In this document: piece after piece, positions 12,625 to 26,017 of the stretch
Position numbering within the stretch: position 1 is the stretch's first letter
Layout: each line of letters starts with the position of its first letter
Origin: Podarcis tiliguerta
Taxonomy: Eukaryota
Direction: 5' to 3' (one strand)
Assembly: GCA_965153285.1 (NCBI GenBank)
Contig: OZ229116.1
DNA: 64,000 nucleotides
Notes under the pieces: generated by a model
What the model saw: only the letters and a program-made list of their open reading frames with translations
Told to the model about the DNA's origin: nothing
The model's database searches: none
Position numbers and translations under genes: made by a program

Positions 12625-15600
12625 TAACTGCACCCTGAGAAAGAGGATAGGAAAAGAAAGAAGGGACATTCTCATCAGCAAAAATGACATATACCTCAGG
12701 ATGGAATGGATGCAAGTGACAGCACATGTACATTGGTGGGCCCAAGATCAGAGTTTATTTCATCCTAATATAAGAAAAATAAATATCAGTAGGGAAATTC
12801 CTGAGATTTCTCTACTGCTGTAACAAATTTGCCTTAGTTATATGGCGAGCATTATCCGTCAAACTAGTCAGCTAAAGAAATGGGCTATGCTTTTTATGCT
12901 GACATAACACAGCTCACTATTGTGCAGGCCCCTCCTCTGCCTGGCTTTTGAGACAACACATAAACAAGTGTCTTAACCCAAAGGACAGTGTGACTCCACT
13001 GTCGAGGGCAGAACTTGCCAACAAAGCAGGGAAATGAAAACTTCAGTTTATTTACAAAGCCTACGTGCTACGAGCAACAGAGATAAAGACCATTCCCAGA
13101 GGGAATTTGGGGGCACATTAACATGTAGCTGGACAGTTTCCTCTGCTACTCTATTAAGTGGTGCGTGTGAAATAGCTGCAAGCAAAAAAAAGGCTGAAGA
13201 TTTCCCACCACATTGACAATTAAAGGGTGAATAGGTTCATCGTATTAAAAAGGGAGCCTCTCCGACTCTATAAATATATTGGGCAACTAATAAACACAAG
13301 TCATACAGTCACTCAGAACATAGCACATAGTGTGTCCTGGGTGGCACTGTCCATGAGTCTACAATGTTTTAATTAATGTAATGGTTAGCATTAATGGAAG
13401 AGTTAATCCCAGATTTAAAACTTGCCTCAGCTTTGGTAAGTCTGAAACTCAAGGGCAATGCCACCTTTTAAGCTGTGGAGGTTTGCCAGTCGGCTGTCTT
13501 CCCTTCCTGCAACAAATGTTGTTAGAAAGGGTGTGACTTTTCCTTCTGATCTTTATCCAACTGTGGCAGATATTTTGATTTATTTGTAAAACTTTAAGCT
13601 GAATCCAACTAAATGGCTGCACTAGCCAAAGCCAGCACAACAAGTCCCACTAGCTCAAGGGGACTTCCTCCACCTTTACTTGGGAGGGTAGGGAGAAGCC
13701 CCAGAACAGTGCATGGGGAAAGGAGAGGGAAGATTGCTTCATCTGGCAAGCAGAAATGCTTGTGTAGATGGAATGATCACCTTAGCACAACACTGAATTC
13801 CACCCTTTGTATTGTAGCCTCAAACTACCATATCTTAAGCAATAGGACCTTGGGACAACCAATGTCAATGGCTGAAATTAGTATATATTTTACTCTAGGT
13901 CAGGGGTAGAGGGCTAGGCCAGGGATACCACTGGATTCTAGCTCCTACCACCCTCAGCCAGAATGGGCCATGGTCAACAATAAAGGAGTCCAACAATATT
14001 GTAGTACAACAATAGCTGGAAAGATGCCATTAATGGGAGATTTCCCATTAATGATGGAATTTAAACTTGCTTTTTATAGCTAATTTTGTTATGAAACCAG
14101 CAAAAATTCTATTCTTCAGATGCCAAAGCCTGATTAAAAATAGAGTGAAGGTGTTTATTAGCACACACTTAAGAGAAAATTATATCATCAAAGAAGTACT
14201 CATTTTGAGGTTTTGGGAAATCCACTTAAAATCTATTGACTAAATCAAACTGGTCAGTTTAAAACCATTTGATCAGCCAGCAGTCTGTCAGGAATACACA
14301 TAACCAAGGGCCAGGGCAATAGTGATTTGGGGATCATGATGAGACATGATGTAGCTACAAAGACAAAATTCCAGGGTCCCCACATTAAAATACGTGGGAA
14401 TAAATAGGAAAGTGGAAACCTAGTATTATCTATATTAATCTCTCCCCCTCCAACCCGAAAACATTGTTCCTTGTTCAGTAAATATAGTTTCCTTTTCAAA
14501 CACAAGGATTGGCTCCCTGCCACATGACAGCAATGTTCCAGGGATTTGCAATCTAGCTTTTGAGCAGCGCAATGCCACAATGTATAGGTATGTTTTAAGA
14601 ATAAATGGCTTTCTTTGTACAGATGCATGTATTAGAAGCAAGATGATCACAGACAAAGCATTCAGGGATTTCTGCCTAAAGGCTAATGTTCAATGAGCAG
14701 CTTTGCCGCACAAAGATTGCAATTGTCACTGTAAATGATCAGAAACAAGGTAAGCAAAGAAAGTAGTGTCTAGCATGACAGTATTCATCTGACACATCAA
14801 ACTGGAAGGATCCTTCCTGACTCACATCAACTTTTTTATGTTTCAGTAATCTGAATACCAGTTGCTTGGGATCACAAGAAGGAAAGTGTTCTTGCATTCA
14901 TGCCCTGCTTGAGGATTCCATATAGGCATTTGGTTTGGCCCCTGTGAAAGCAGAATCTTGCACTAGACCGCTTTCTTACGTTCCATCCAGGCTGTGGCTA
15001 CACCTTTGGTTTCAGCAAAATGTGGCTGCCACATTTGCCATCAGACCATACCTAGGGCATTTTTGCTCAGATGTTAGCCTCTGTTAAGCCAGACAGATGC
15101 TTCAGTTAACATGGACAACTGCCTTAGACCATAGTAGGAAGACTTGGATATTAACATATTTGCCATGCACCCTCTGTAACCCTTTGCAAGTTTACTCATA
15201 TGTAAGTCCCGCCAAGATCAATGGGGCATGCTCCTGGTTAAGAGTGCATAAGCCTGCAGCCTTAATCTACATATCTGCTCTATTATGGACATTTACTTCC
15301 CAAAAGAAATGTGAGCAGGACAGGATTTGTATAGACTCCCAGTGCACATTTATTTGCAAGCAAGTCTCCAATCAATCAATCAATCAATCAAGTGTCTTAG
15401 CAGGTCTTTCCCCAGGTGTCTACTTTGTATTGCTTTTAAAAAAATTATCTGCTCCTTTCTGTGTTGTTCTTGACTGTTTTTATTGCATTTTGTACATTGA
15501 CTTACGTGTGTAGAAGGTAAATAATAAACACATAAAGTAATCAGTTAAACTAGGTTCTGATCAGAAGTCAGGTTATAAAGATTGCAAAGATAAGCAATGC

Positions 15601-16639
15601 ATATGCTAACGTGTTTGGGACATTGCTTGGAGTGAGTAGTGGCCATTGATTGCACAGTACAAACTGTATATCTCAGGGTAAATGCACAGAAAAGATTTAA
15701 AAGATATTCAGAGGTCACTGGAAGAAGCAGAATGAGAACCCTCTTGGGGGCTTCACTAATTTAGCTTCAGATATTTCTGTGGTGACGTACCCACTCATCT
15801 ATTTCCCTTCAGTGTTTATTTTGGAGAGGTGAAATGTTATTTTGAAAGAAATGAAGAAGAAAATCAGACAGCAAAGGAAACCATTAATCACCATGTGGCC
15901 AAATGTGTGTACTACCCATGTCTGACATGCACCCAGTGCTGATAATATAGCTTCAAATAGTGAACATCTCTGTTTACTACCAAAAGAAAATAGTAAACTA
16001 CAGGTTGAAATACAAGTCTATCTACTTTGTGTTCACTTTTCAGTACCTACCCTGAGCTAAGTGCATCACATTTTGCTCCTTGGAATCTGGAGGCACTTCT
16101 GAACCCCTATAATATTGTTTTAGGACAGTACAGGAAACAGTAGCAGAGATTATTTCATGCCTAAACAATTATATTTAGCAACTGGGGTACAAGAACTAGT
16201 AAGCTAGCATTAATACCAAGCCTCAGCCAGGTTGAGGCTGCATCAAATACCCTCTGCATTTCCAGTCATGAGACTTGTTTTTATTTTCTTGGTGAGAGGT
16301 CCTCAAGAACTGCTTCAGTTGTTCAGAAGAAGCAATAACACAGGAAGCATAAGTCACTTCTCTCCCATGATTCCAGTCACATTCACATAGGGGCTATTAA
16401 CTTGTTTTCTGTAGAAGGGTGCACTTTCCCCCCAGTGTGGGGGCAGGTTGTGCACAGGTTCCTCTCTGGAGACAGACAAATGTATCTACAAGGACACAAG
16501 AAGAGTCTGCTGGTTCAGGCCAATGGCCCACCTAGTCCAGCATCTTGTTCTCATGCTCAGATGCCTGTGGGAACCCCATAGATGTCCTTCTCAGGTGTAG
16601 TTGACAGCACACAGAGAACACTTCTTCTCTAACCAAACA

Positions 16640-16780
16640 TAGGGAACTATCTTACATAGAGTTAGAGCACGGGTTCGTCAAATAGTGCACTGGTTACACT
16701 GAGAGGCTGTCCAGGTATGGAGTCAGGGGTTTTCCTCAGTCCTACCTGGAGTTGCTGAGACTGAACCTGGAACCTTATTT
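16640..16780 (-). mobile_element. Degenerate Squam3-like tRNA SINE
   Basis: Reverse complement contains GGTTCCAGGTTCAGTCTCAGCAACTCCAGGTAGG, matching the head of the 58058 copy. Confidence 0.5.
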
Positions 16781-18744
16781 ATATATTTAGAATTTTTTTT
16801 AACCCTTTAATCAAAGAACTCCCAAAGTGGCAAAGCGCAGCTAAGATTCACAAAACAATTAAAAAACTAATATGCATAAAACCATCATAATTAAAACACA
16901 GACTGAAAACAGTAAAACGTTTGAAACAGACATAGATAACTAAATTATGTGTCCCAGTAGGGTTTCGAACACAAATAAACAAATTTAGCAGGCATCTAAA
17001 ACAATAGAGCAAGGGCATTTGTCTAATGCCAAGGTGTTCCAGAGCACAGGTGCTAAAGGACTGACTCCTTACCAACGTGGAGTGAACATGATGTGGCACT
17101 TGTAAAAGTTCCCTCTGCATGTAAAGCATGGGAGCTACAGACTCTAAAACACCACTTCCAAAAGCAGTTCTGAGTCAACTACATTCTCTGGGTTTGAGAA
17201 TATTTGACGCCTTGAGCTGAATGGGTTAGGCTAGTGTTAATCAGTGCCCCAGACATCTGCAGGGTAGGAACTGCACTCTTGCAAGGGAACCCTATGGTCT
17301 CATTGTGCTCTCTTTTTGGGTGGTTCTGGGGACCAGAAGAAGAGAAAATGGGCAGCAGGTGGGCAGCAATGTTTTGGAGAAAAGGAAGGCCCCACAGAAG
17401 GCACCTTGCCCACCCCACACCCCAATCCCACAAAACTAGAAGCAGTGCTGCATAACCCTGTTTTTGGAAGGAAGACAATTACAGATGGGATTATAATTAC
17501 AGTACTGTATGTATATTTAATGACCTCTTCCAAAATACCCTGGTCTGTTTCTTTTGTTGACAAGATTTTCTAAAATTATACTGGAAGCTATACAATTCTG
17601 GCTTGCACCCATTTTAAACAGAGCTTATCGTGTGGTGCTACAAATTGTTATCAGGCGGCCCTGTGCACATACACAAACACTGCCACTATCAGGCACGGAC
17701 AGGCCATCGCCTGGCAATTGCACGAAGAAACAGAAACGAATACAATGTGAAGGGAATATTAATATACTCAAGGAAGCCGGTAGCAAATATTATTAATAGA
17801 TTTCAGACTTGGTCAGGCATAGTAAAAGGATGGTAACTTTTCAAGCACAACCTATCTTTTCCAAAGAAATAAGATCGTGTGGGCAGACTGCAGTGGTGGA
17901 CTTTGGGCTTTCAAATTTCAGCTGTGCCCTGTGCAATGCCAAAATTTGGTGCAGCTCCCCACCTATCACCTTCCGTTCTACATCATTGCTGCGATGTCCC
18001 TGCAGTGCCCTCTCAGCTTGGTGCCCAGTGCAGGTGAACTGGTTGCTCTCCCCATAATCTGCCTCTACAGACTGATACTATATGGGCCTCACTGAAGTGC
18101 TGTAGTAAAAGTCTCTTCATGCCTCATACCAGGAGAAGTGAAATCCTACCCATGGCAAACTGGAGACATTGCGGTAATATTTTAAAGAAATGATGAGGCA
18201 CCTGCGGTACCCCAGGTGCTGCTGGGTTACAGTTCCCATCATCCCCGACTATCAACTCTCCTGGTTGGCACTGGTGGGCATTGGTGGCTAACCACATCTG
18301 GAGGGCCACAGGCTCCTCTCCCCTGTTTCCAAGGGGCTTTAGAATGCACAAGATGAAACGTGGAATAGCCAAGTTTGAGGTTTACTTAATGACTTGGGAC
18401 TTGTCCCTGTTCAGGGCCATATTCTACCAACTGCTCTCTGGGAAAGAAGTGGTGAAGGGGAGGGCTGGTGAAGACAACAATGGATATCTGTTGCTGCTCA
18501 AGCTGGGGTTTTTTTTAAGTGTGTGTGTGTACACACACACATATATATACACATATATACATATACATACATATATAAAATCCATTGCATTCTTAAAATG
18601 CTGTGAGACTCTTTGAGAATTCCATTCAAAAATTTGCATGTTAATCTCCTAAACAATATCCTTTCAAAGCTAGAGAACAATTTTTTCTTAGAGAACAAAT
18701 TAGAATGGATTGTCTGTTTGGAACGGACCATCTGTTTAGATAGA

Positions 18745-18790
18745 AGAGAGAGAGAGAGAGAGAGAGAGTGAGTGAGAGAGAGAGAGAGAG
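18745..18790. repeat. (GA)n microsatellite
   Basis: Visible dinucleotide run with two GT interruptions. Confidence 0.95.
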
Positions 18791-20359
18791 ATGGATGTTA
18801 AACCCCCAGGGATAAGCCAATATAGCACCTTCCAGATGCTGGGAGTCCCATCAGCCCCGGTGAGAATAGCAAATGCTCAGGGGTGATGGGAGTTGCTGTC
18901 CAGCAACATCTGGGGGAGACACCATGTTGGATACCCCTGCCCGCTCTAACCCTTACTGCATTTGGCACATTGATTTCACTTGTTTTTTCCCCAATGAAAG
19001 CAAGGAAGATCTTTATTTTTCTGTTGCAACAGAGTTCCCCCACCCTTGCAAGGAGGTGAGGACCCTCATTCATTTCACTTTTGCTGACTCACCAGCTGCA
19101 CAGACCACCATGTGCATGAAGCCAAAACTATAGACAACCACCAGAAATATTTCATGTCTACCAATATGCAGCGAGAGGTAATCCCTGAAGACCTGAGAAA
19201 GCAGCTTCAAATCCCTCTGAGGCCATATTAAAGTCGGAATGCAACTAAGCTTTCATGCCCCTTCTTATAAACTTCTAAACCCTTGACATTTCACGGCTTC
19301 TTGTTGCTTAAATGTCCTTTCGATGTGCTGCTATAAGGCATAGCTCAGCTCTGCATTGATGCCATAAGAAGAAACCCAGAAAAACTTTCCCTTTTGTCCA
19401 GTGATCTGGTTCTGCGTTGGGTGGGGGGGGGGGTGCAGGTGGCTTCTGGAATTGTGCCATCCATAGCTGAGCTGCTCACTTTCAGCTGTGGCATAATGGA
19501 GCAATTTTAGTATTCAATCCGTTTCCTTCAATATGTTCAAGGTCAGTTTGAATTGCCATAAACAAGCAGCTTGGCTTCCTAGAATCATCACTGGAGGAGC
19601 TGTGTTTTCACTGCACTCCTGGCAAAGCTTGTGGAGGCAAAACAACAAGTGTGGCAAGGAGGGACCTTTCCAGAGAACTAGCAGGCGACAGCTGTGCAGG
19701 TTTTGACTTGTAACTTTTGTTTATCTTTGGGGAGAAAAAACACAGAACAGTTGTTATGCAGCCTGAACACAAGGGTCTGTCCTGCTCTCTTTACAGTCCC
19801 TCTCTCTGGCCTGATAGTACTTCCTTCCTGACCTCTCATGGCTTCCTGCTTCAAGCCTTATCGCGGCAAAAAACTTGACACTGGACTGGCTATGCCACTT
19901 GGAATGCACAGCTTCTACATTCCATAAATGGAAATCTTTTTCTTTTTTACATTCTTTTTTTAAAACAACACCCCAATCATCTGTAGAGGCCAGTCGGTTA
20001 TTTCCTCCTGATACACAGATTCTTCTTATGGCAAAATGAAATGCTAAAGAAAAATCAGTGTAAAGTACCCAATTTGCAGTGTTTTTTGTGAGACTAGAAT
20101 GTATGTGCGACGATTATTTGGGCAAATTATATGCCACTTATGAAATGTTGTACCTCTTAGCCTCTATCAGCTGGGAATCAAGTACACAAATCTGAATAGT
20201 TTTAACAAGAAATGCAAAGCCAGAAATTTATGTGTGTGGTAAACCCATAATGTTCAAGTGTGAGTAACTATTTTTTAAAATTTATTTATATAGAAATATT
20301 TTAAACCTATCCTTCAACACAAGGTGATCCCAGGCCACAGTACAAGAAAGCAAGAAGAA

Positions 20360-20630
20360 AGGAGAAGAGAAAACTGAGAGGTGATACAATCACCTTCTTC
20401 CAATATTTGAAGTGCTGTCAAATGGAAGAAGGAGCAAGTTGGTTTTCTGCTGCTTCAGAGGGTAGAACACAAACCAATAGGTTCAAATTACAAGAAAGGA
20501 GATGGTGAAAGATGTTATTTCTGATGGTAGGAGATGTTCGACAATGGAATGGACTGCTCCAGAAAGTAGTTGACTCTCCTTCATTGGAGGTTTTTAAACT
20601 GTGACTCCTGTATTGCAGAGGGTTCATTGA
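20360..20630 (+). mobile_element. CR1 LINE 3' fragment (degenerate)
   Basis: Aligns by eye to 49160-49470 (GAGAGGTGATA..AT...TTC.AATAT.T.AA...TGTCA; TTACAAGAAAGGAGAT; TCTCCTTC.TTGGAGGT.TTTAA). Confidence 0.8.
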
Positions 20631-21254
20631 TTTTAGTGGGTCTGCTTTGAGTTAAGCTTTGTTGAATACCACCCACTTTGTTCAACCAGAGTGACATTCA
20701 AGTAAATGTGCATCAGATTGCAAAACACGAAATGATAGGAAAAGATAAAACAAATCTGGCTCTTTGCTATATGAATGCAAGTTGAAACATGACCACTCTT
20801 CACCAGGAATGTGAAAATCAGAAATGGCATGTGTGACGTGGGCTGTGGCAAGATGGGTTGGTGGTGAGGTCAGGGTCAGAGAGTGATATGTTGGTGCTCC
20901 CAGAGTGACTACAGCCTTGCCTTGCCTTGCCTGGTCCAGTCCTTTCCAGGTTAGCAGAAATGGCAGCAGTGTCAGGATATGTATCAGCCCCAACACATGA
21001 TGGAGAGACAGCAGAGATGTTGATTCAAGCATCATTTCTAGGTGGTAAAGGTAGCCTGTCTCCTAATTCCCAAGTTGAACCATAACAACTATTACTCCAA
21101 CTCATAATCTCATGTACACCCCAATGTACATATTGAACTTTATTTAATCAGCCACCCTCATTTGTTTCAATGAAATGAATGGTTAAGGAGACTAAAGGAG
21201 TTATAGGTGTGCATCAGTACTGGAGCATCAGCATGAAATCACTGTTTTGGACTA

Positions 21255-21496
21255 CAGTGGTACCTCAGGTTAAGTACTTAATTCGTTCCGGAGGTCCGTA
21301 CTTAACCTGAAACTGTTCTTAACCTGAAGCACCACTTTAGCTAATGGGGCCTCCAGTTGCTGCTGCACTGCCGGAGCCCGATTTCTGTTCTCATCCTGAA
21401 GCAAAGTTCTTAACCTGAAGCACTATTTCTGGGTTAGCGGAGTCTGTAACCTGAAGCATATGTAACCTGAAGCATATGTAACCTGAGGTACCACTG
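21255..21496. mobile_element. Tigger/pogo-like MITE
   Basis: TA-flanked TIRs CAGTGGTACCTCAGGTTA / TAACCTGAGGTACCACTG; subterminal TGTAACCTGAAGC repeats. Confidence 0.92.
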
Positions 21497-21916
21497 TATT
21501 AGATTGATCTTAACTATGTCAGATGAAAGACTACATGGTTGTTAAGGTGTTTCTCATAATGACCCTGATACATTTTGCTGGACCATATTTTGTGAGTGCA
21601 GTTGCAAACGGTGGGTTGTATTCAGCTAACATTTACTCAAAGTGTACCCATTTAAATTAATGGTCATGACTAACAAGGTTTTTTTTTTATTTCAAAGGGT
21701 CCACTGTGTGTAAAAAAATAGCTGAATGCAACCTATTAATTCCTGATATTCTCAGGAAAATACCTCTTTATAGGTATCACTAATCTGATATATTTTGGTT
21801 GAAGGAGAACTCCACAAAAACCACCACTTTCCATTTACATGTCAATCCACAATAATCTGTACATAACAGATTTTCATCCATCCATCATCCATCAATCTGT
21901 CTAACCATTGGATTTA

Positions 21917-22158
21917 CAGTGGTACCTCTGGTTACATATTTAATTCATTCCGGAGGTCCATTCTTAACCTGAAACTATTCTTAACCTGAAGCACCACTTT
22001 AGCTAATGGAGCCTCCCGCTGCTGCTGTGCCACCGCCACGCAATTTCTGTTCTCATCCTGAAGCAAAGTTCTTAACCAGAGGTACTATTTCTGGGTTAGC
22101 GGAGTCTGTAACCTGAAGCCTATGTAACCTGAAGCCTATATAACCCGAGGTACCACTG
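21917..22158. mobile_element. Tigger/pogo-like MITE
   Basis: TA-flanked TIRs CAGTGGTACCTC / GAGGTACCACTG; same length (242 bp) and orientation as the 21255 copy. Confidence 0.92.
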
Positions 22159-24834
22159 TATTGCACAAAAACTGTTTGAGTCAGTGCAGGAGGCATTGCA
22201 GAGCTATGTGGACACTTATGAAAGAGAGGCTTTATCTCATTGAGCTATAAGGTATGAGAGTTAACACAACCAACAAATAACAAACAATATGCAAGAGACA
22301 CTTCCAGTATGTGGGGACCAAAGTGAGGACAAAGGTTTAGTTAAATGCATAGGCTATGCTTAAGTTTATTTGGGTACCTCTACCTGGGCAAGCAACTCTT
22401 GTTCAACTGTTTTCATGACAAAAGGCCCTGACCTCTTGTGGCCAATAGTGTCAGGATTCCACAGCAACTTTCAGAAGCCCAGGGCTGTTAGTCTTGCCAG
22501 GCTGTCTGGCTTTTCTACCTCATGCAGTTACATTCTGTCTCCCTAAAATTACCCTTGTATTAACAATTTAGTAAGTTATTTTTCATTGTGTGGCTTAAAT
22601 TGTTATACTGGACTGCCAAGTGCTGTTAAACAGTGATCAGTATGAACCATTCAGTTGGTGCTTGTATTTTAGTGGAGAATAAATTCATCCCAGTTTGGAA
22701 GTACAATGCATGGAGAAGAAGGAACAAAAAACTACATACAAATATTAGGCATTTTGCTTACAGTGGGACCTCCAGATGTCATTTTTATTGCACGTTCATG
22801 ATGATTTGTGCTCATGATGCTATGAGGGTGGTCACAAACAATCTCACTTTTGATACTGTTTTCACCTTCACATGTTTTAGGGTGCTGACATTGCTTCATT
22901 TCCAATCAGTGTATATCCTGGAACTTCCTGCTGAAATCCTGGAACTTCTTATACCACAAATGTTCTGATTCATTTTGTATTACTTTTGTTGCGCTACAGC
23001 CTCTTTGAACAGTAATAATGTTATAGAATTGGGAAAACACTGCAGAACAAACTAAAGCAGGCCAAATCCATAATTAACACACTATTACTGTATCAAGGAC
23101 ATGCAGCAGAATACATTCACAATAGTATACCAGTCTAGAGGGGCCCAGTATAAAAAAACTACCTTGGACCAACTCTCATACAATGAAAACTGAGGACATG
23201 TTGTATCGACAGACTTATTTTTATTGACCTTTGAAACTTCTGTATCTGTTCAAATTGCTCTGATGGAAATGTCCAGCAATCTAGGTCTTTTGACTGCTTG
23301 GCAGCTAATATTCACCAATATGCATAGCTACATAACATAAGAATTGTTCAACTTGGATCCTGTGCTAGTTTTACACTCCATCTTCATGTTCTTCATAAAT
23401 ATCTCATTATATCTTTATTTATAGTGGTCTGCGTGGAAATTGCCCAGTTCTGGAAATATAAGGAGGATGTCTCTATGACTCACAGATGCATTGGCTGAAA
23501 TCTGTGAAAATTACCTAGCAGCAGGTGAAGATAAAACAAGATACATTCCGAGACACATGGCAGCCCTTTGTAGCTTTCATGCAGAGCCCCAACTGCCACT
23601 TCTGCAGTTTGGGAAAGACTCCCTTTCTTTCACTTCTTCTGAACAGATGTAACATAACTTTAAGCTTTTGTACATTGGACATATTGTACTAGCTAAATGG
23701 AATGATAGATGCTTTGATGTTAAGCTAACTGGGTTCTATCCAATGTTAGCCCTGAAGTTATGCATACTGAAGTTATGGAATGTGATTTGTGCAATTATCT
23801 ACCCACCATAACGCTTAAATCTATGGTGATCAGGTAAATGAAATTTAAATAGAGAAACCAATTAAACCCTGGAAATTGAAACTGCCAGTGGATTAAAGTG
23901 TGTGACTTCTCACTTTTCTTGAAAAGATGGCACACACCTTAATCCACTGAAAGTCCTGGGAAGATTTAGCAGTCCCTTATCAGCAGTTCTGTCATCAAAC
24001 CATCAATCATCTTTGTGCTGCTAAATGTTCAAAATAATGACTCATTAACTTAAAATTTGGAAATATTAAATCATGATATGCGATTGAACATTTTTACTAC
24101 TTGTGAGCTTCTCCTGTTGTATTACTGTCATATCCCCCACAGGCACACAAACTAGTAACTTTCCAGATATTTCCAGGCTGCACCAGGAGCTGACATACAT
24201 TTCACATGTTTTGTATTTATAGAAATGCTCAACTGACTATATAAAATGCCATTAATAAATGGTAAAATGGAATAAAATTGCTGCATTTGGCTCTGAATGT
24301 GAATTTGCAGTACTAGTCACAAATATATCCAGTCATTCATTACATTTATATCCCACCCCCATCTCCCAGAAGAGCCTACAACAGCAATAATTCCAAAGTT
24401 TGAAGGTCCACTGAAATTTATTCTTTCCCCGACTTTTTCTTTAAAGAACAATAACACAATTTTTGTTTTAAGGAAAAGTGGAATCAGAATCCTATTTTCA
24501 ATTCTCACTGTAAAAACCACTTCCTGCACAAATAAGCATTTCAAACTGCTATGCAGTGGTTTTGTCCGGCACCTGTTTGAAAAGCATGAGATGAAAGAAA
24601 AGCTAATCCACAAAGAAAGCTCCCTGCTACTTATACACGCACCACCAATACAATGCTATTGCGATTAGAGGTAATGCAGGTTTGGCGCTTTCTATGAGAG
24701 ACATAGATTAGTATTGTTTAAGGCTCAACTTAACCAATTAAAGCAGGGCTATCAGGTGCCAAAATTCCAATTTAGTTAGAACTGCAAACAAACAAGGCAC
24801 TCTGCTCAGCAGACTCAAATTCAATTAAATGCAA

Positions 24835-24955
24835 AGGTAGCTGTGCTGGTCTGTAAAAAAAATCCCAAAATTCACTGTAAACCTTTATTAGGTCAAAAAA
24901 TGTCACAAAATAGTAAGGAAGCTTTAGAGTCCTCCAGAACTCTTCATCAGACTAG
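24835..24955. mobile_element. Possible Penelope-like terminal repeat remnant
   Basis: GGTAGCTGTGCTGGTCTGT...AAGCTTT.GAG...CTCTTCATCAG layout resembles Penelope pseudo-LTR ends. Confidence 0.35.
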
Positions 24956-25271
24956 GTGTTTGGAATAGATGCACAAGCTCTACATTTTCTGCCTGTATCA
25001 CCAGTGGGGACCATGAATATTGGGGCTTACAAACATGAATGCAGGAGGATGAAGATCTGGCACATCCATTCAAATATAATAAGCTACCTGTTGCTGGGTA
25101 GTACTTCTAGATCCAGTCCTGCAGCTGGAAGCTCAGATGACTTCCATAGCTAAGAGGACATATTTCCAACTCCTGAACCTTTTGGACAGAGATAGATTGG
25201 TTACACTTGGTTACTACACACTGTAGTAACTTCCAGATTGAATTATTTGCAACCCATTCTACATGGAGCTA

Positions 25272-25625
25272 GGGACACGGGTAGCGCTGTGGGTTAAACC
25301 ACAGAGCCTAGGACTTGCTGATCAGAAGGTCGGCGGTTCAAATCCCCGCGACGGGGTAAGCTCCCGTTGCTTGGTCCCTGCTCCTGCCAACCTAGCAGTT
25401 CAAAAGCACGTCAAAGTGCAAGTAGATAAATAGGTACCACTCCTGCGGGAAGGTAAACAGCATTTCTGTGCGCTGCTCTGGTTCGCCAGAAGCGGCTTAG
25501 TCATGCTGCCCACATGACCCGGAAGCTGTATGCTGGCTCCCTCAGCCAATAAAGCGAGATGAGCGCCGCAACCCCAGAGTCGTTCGCGACTGGACCTAAT
25601 TGTCAGGGGTCCCTTTACCTTTACT
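25272..25625 (+). mobile_element. Sauria SINE (lacertid POM-type), full length
   Basis: GGGAC.CGGGT.GCGCTGTGGGTTAAACC head, B-box GGTTCAAATCC, (CCTTTA)n tail, TSD TACATGGAGCTA / TACAAGGAGCTA. Confidence 0.95.
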
Positions 25626-25689
25626 TACAAGGAGCTATCCTTGGAGATGCCTCAGAAACTTCAACTGGTTGAAATGCAACCATTTAGGA

Positions 25690-26009
25690 CAGGGGTCAGC
25701 AAGGCTTACCTCTCCTGGGCCAGTTCACTCCAGTGGAGATGCCTCCATGGGCCAGATTGTGTGTGCGCATGAGCATGCACACCTGCGATTTACAGCGTCT
25801 GCATCTGTGTCTGCACTTTGCAATTTACAATGTCTGCACATGCAATTTTCGGCACCGCGGAATCGAGTCTTCACACTGTGTTGCACCAGTTTAGCACAGC
25901 GTGCGGGGACTTGCCAAGCAAGCGGCTCAGTTTGGGGGCGGCTCGTGGACCATTTAAACGACCCCTGTGGGCCGCTTGTGAACCATGGGCCATAGGTTGC
26001 CTACCCCTG
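25690..26009. mobile_element. hAT (Charlie-like) non-autonomous element
   Basis: TIRs CAGGGGTCAGCAA / TTGCCTACCCCTG; 7/8 TSD ATTTAGGA / ATTTAGGG. Confidence 0.8.
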
Positions 26010-26017
26010 ATTTAGGG

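Noticed and set aside
21440-21490. CRISPR-like or iteron-like short direct repeats (TGTAACCTGAAGC)
   Set aside because: They are subterminal repeats of the Tigger-like MITE with no unique spacers, in a eukaryotic context.
25272-25350. tRNA gene
   Set aside because: The A/B boxes belong to the tRNA-derived head of a Sauria SINE.
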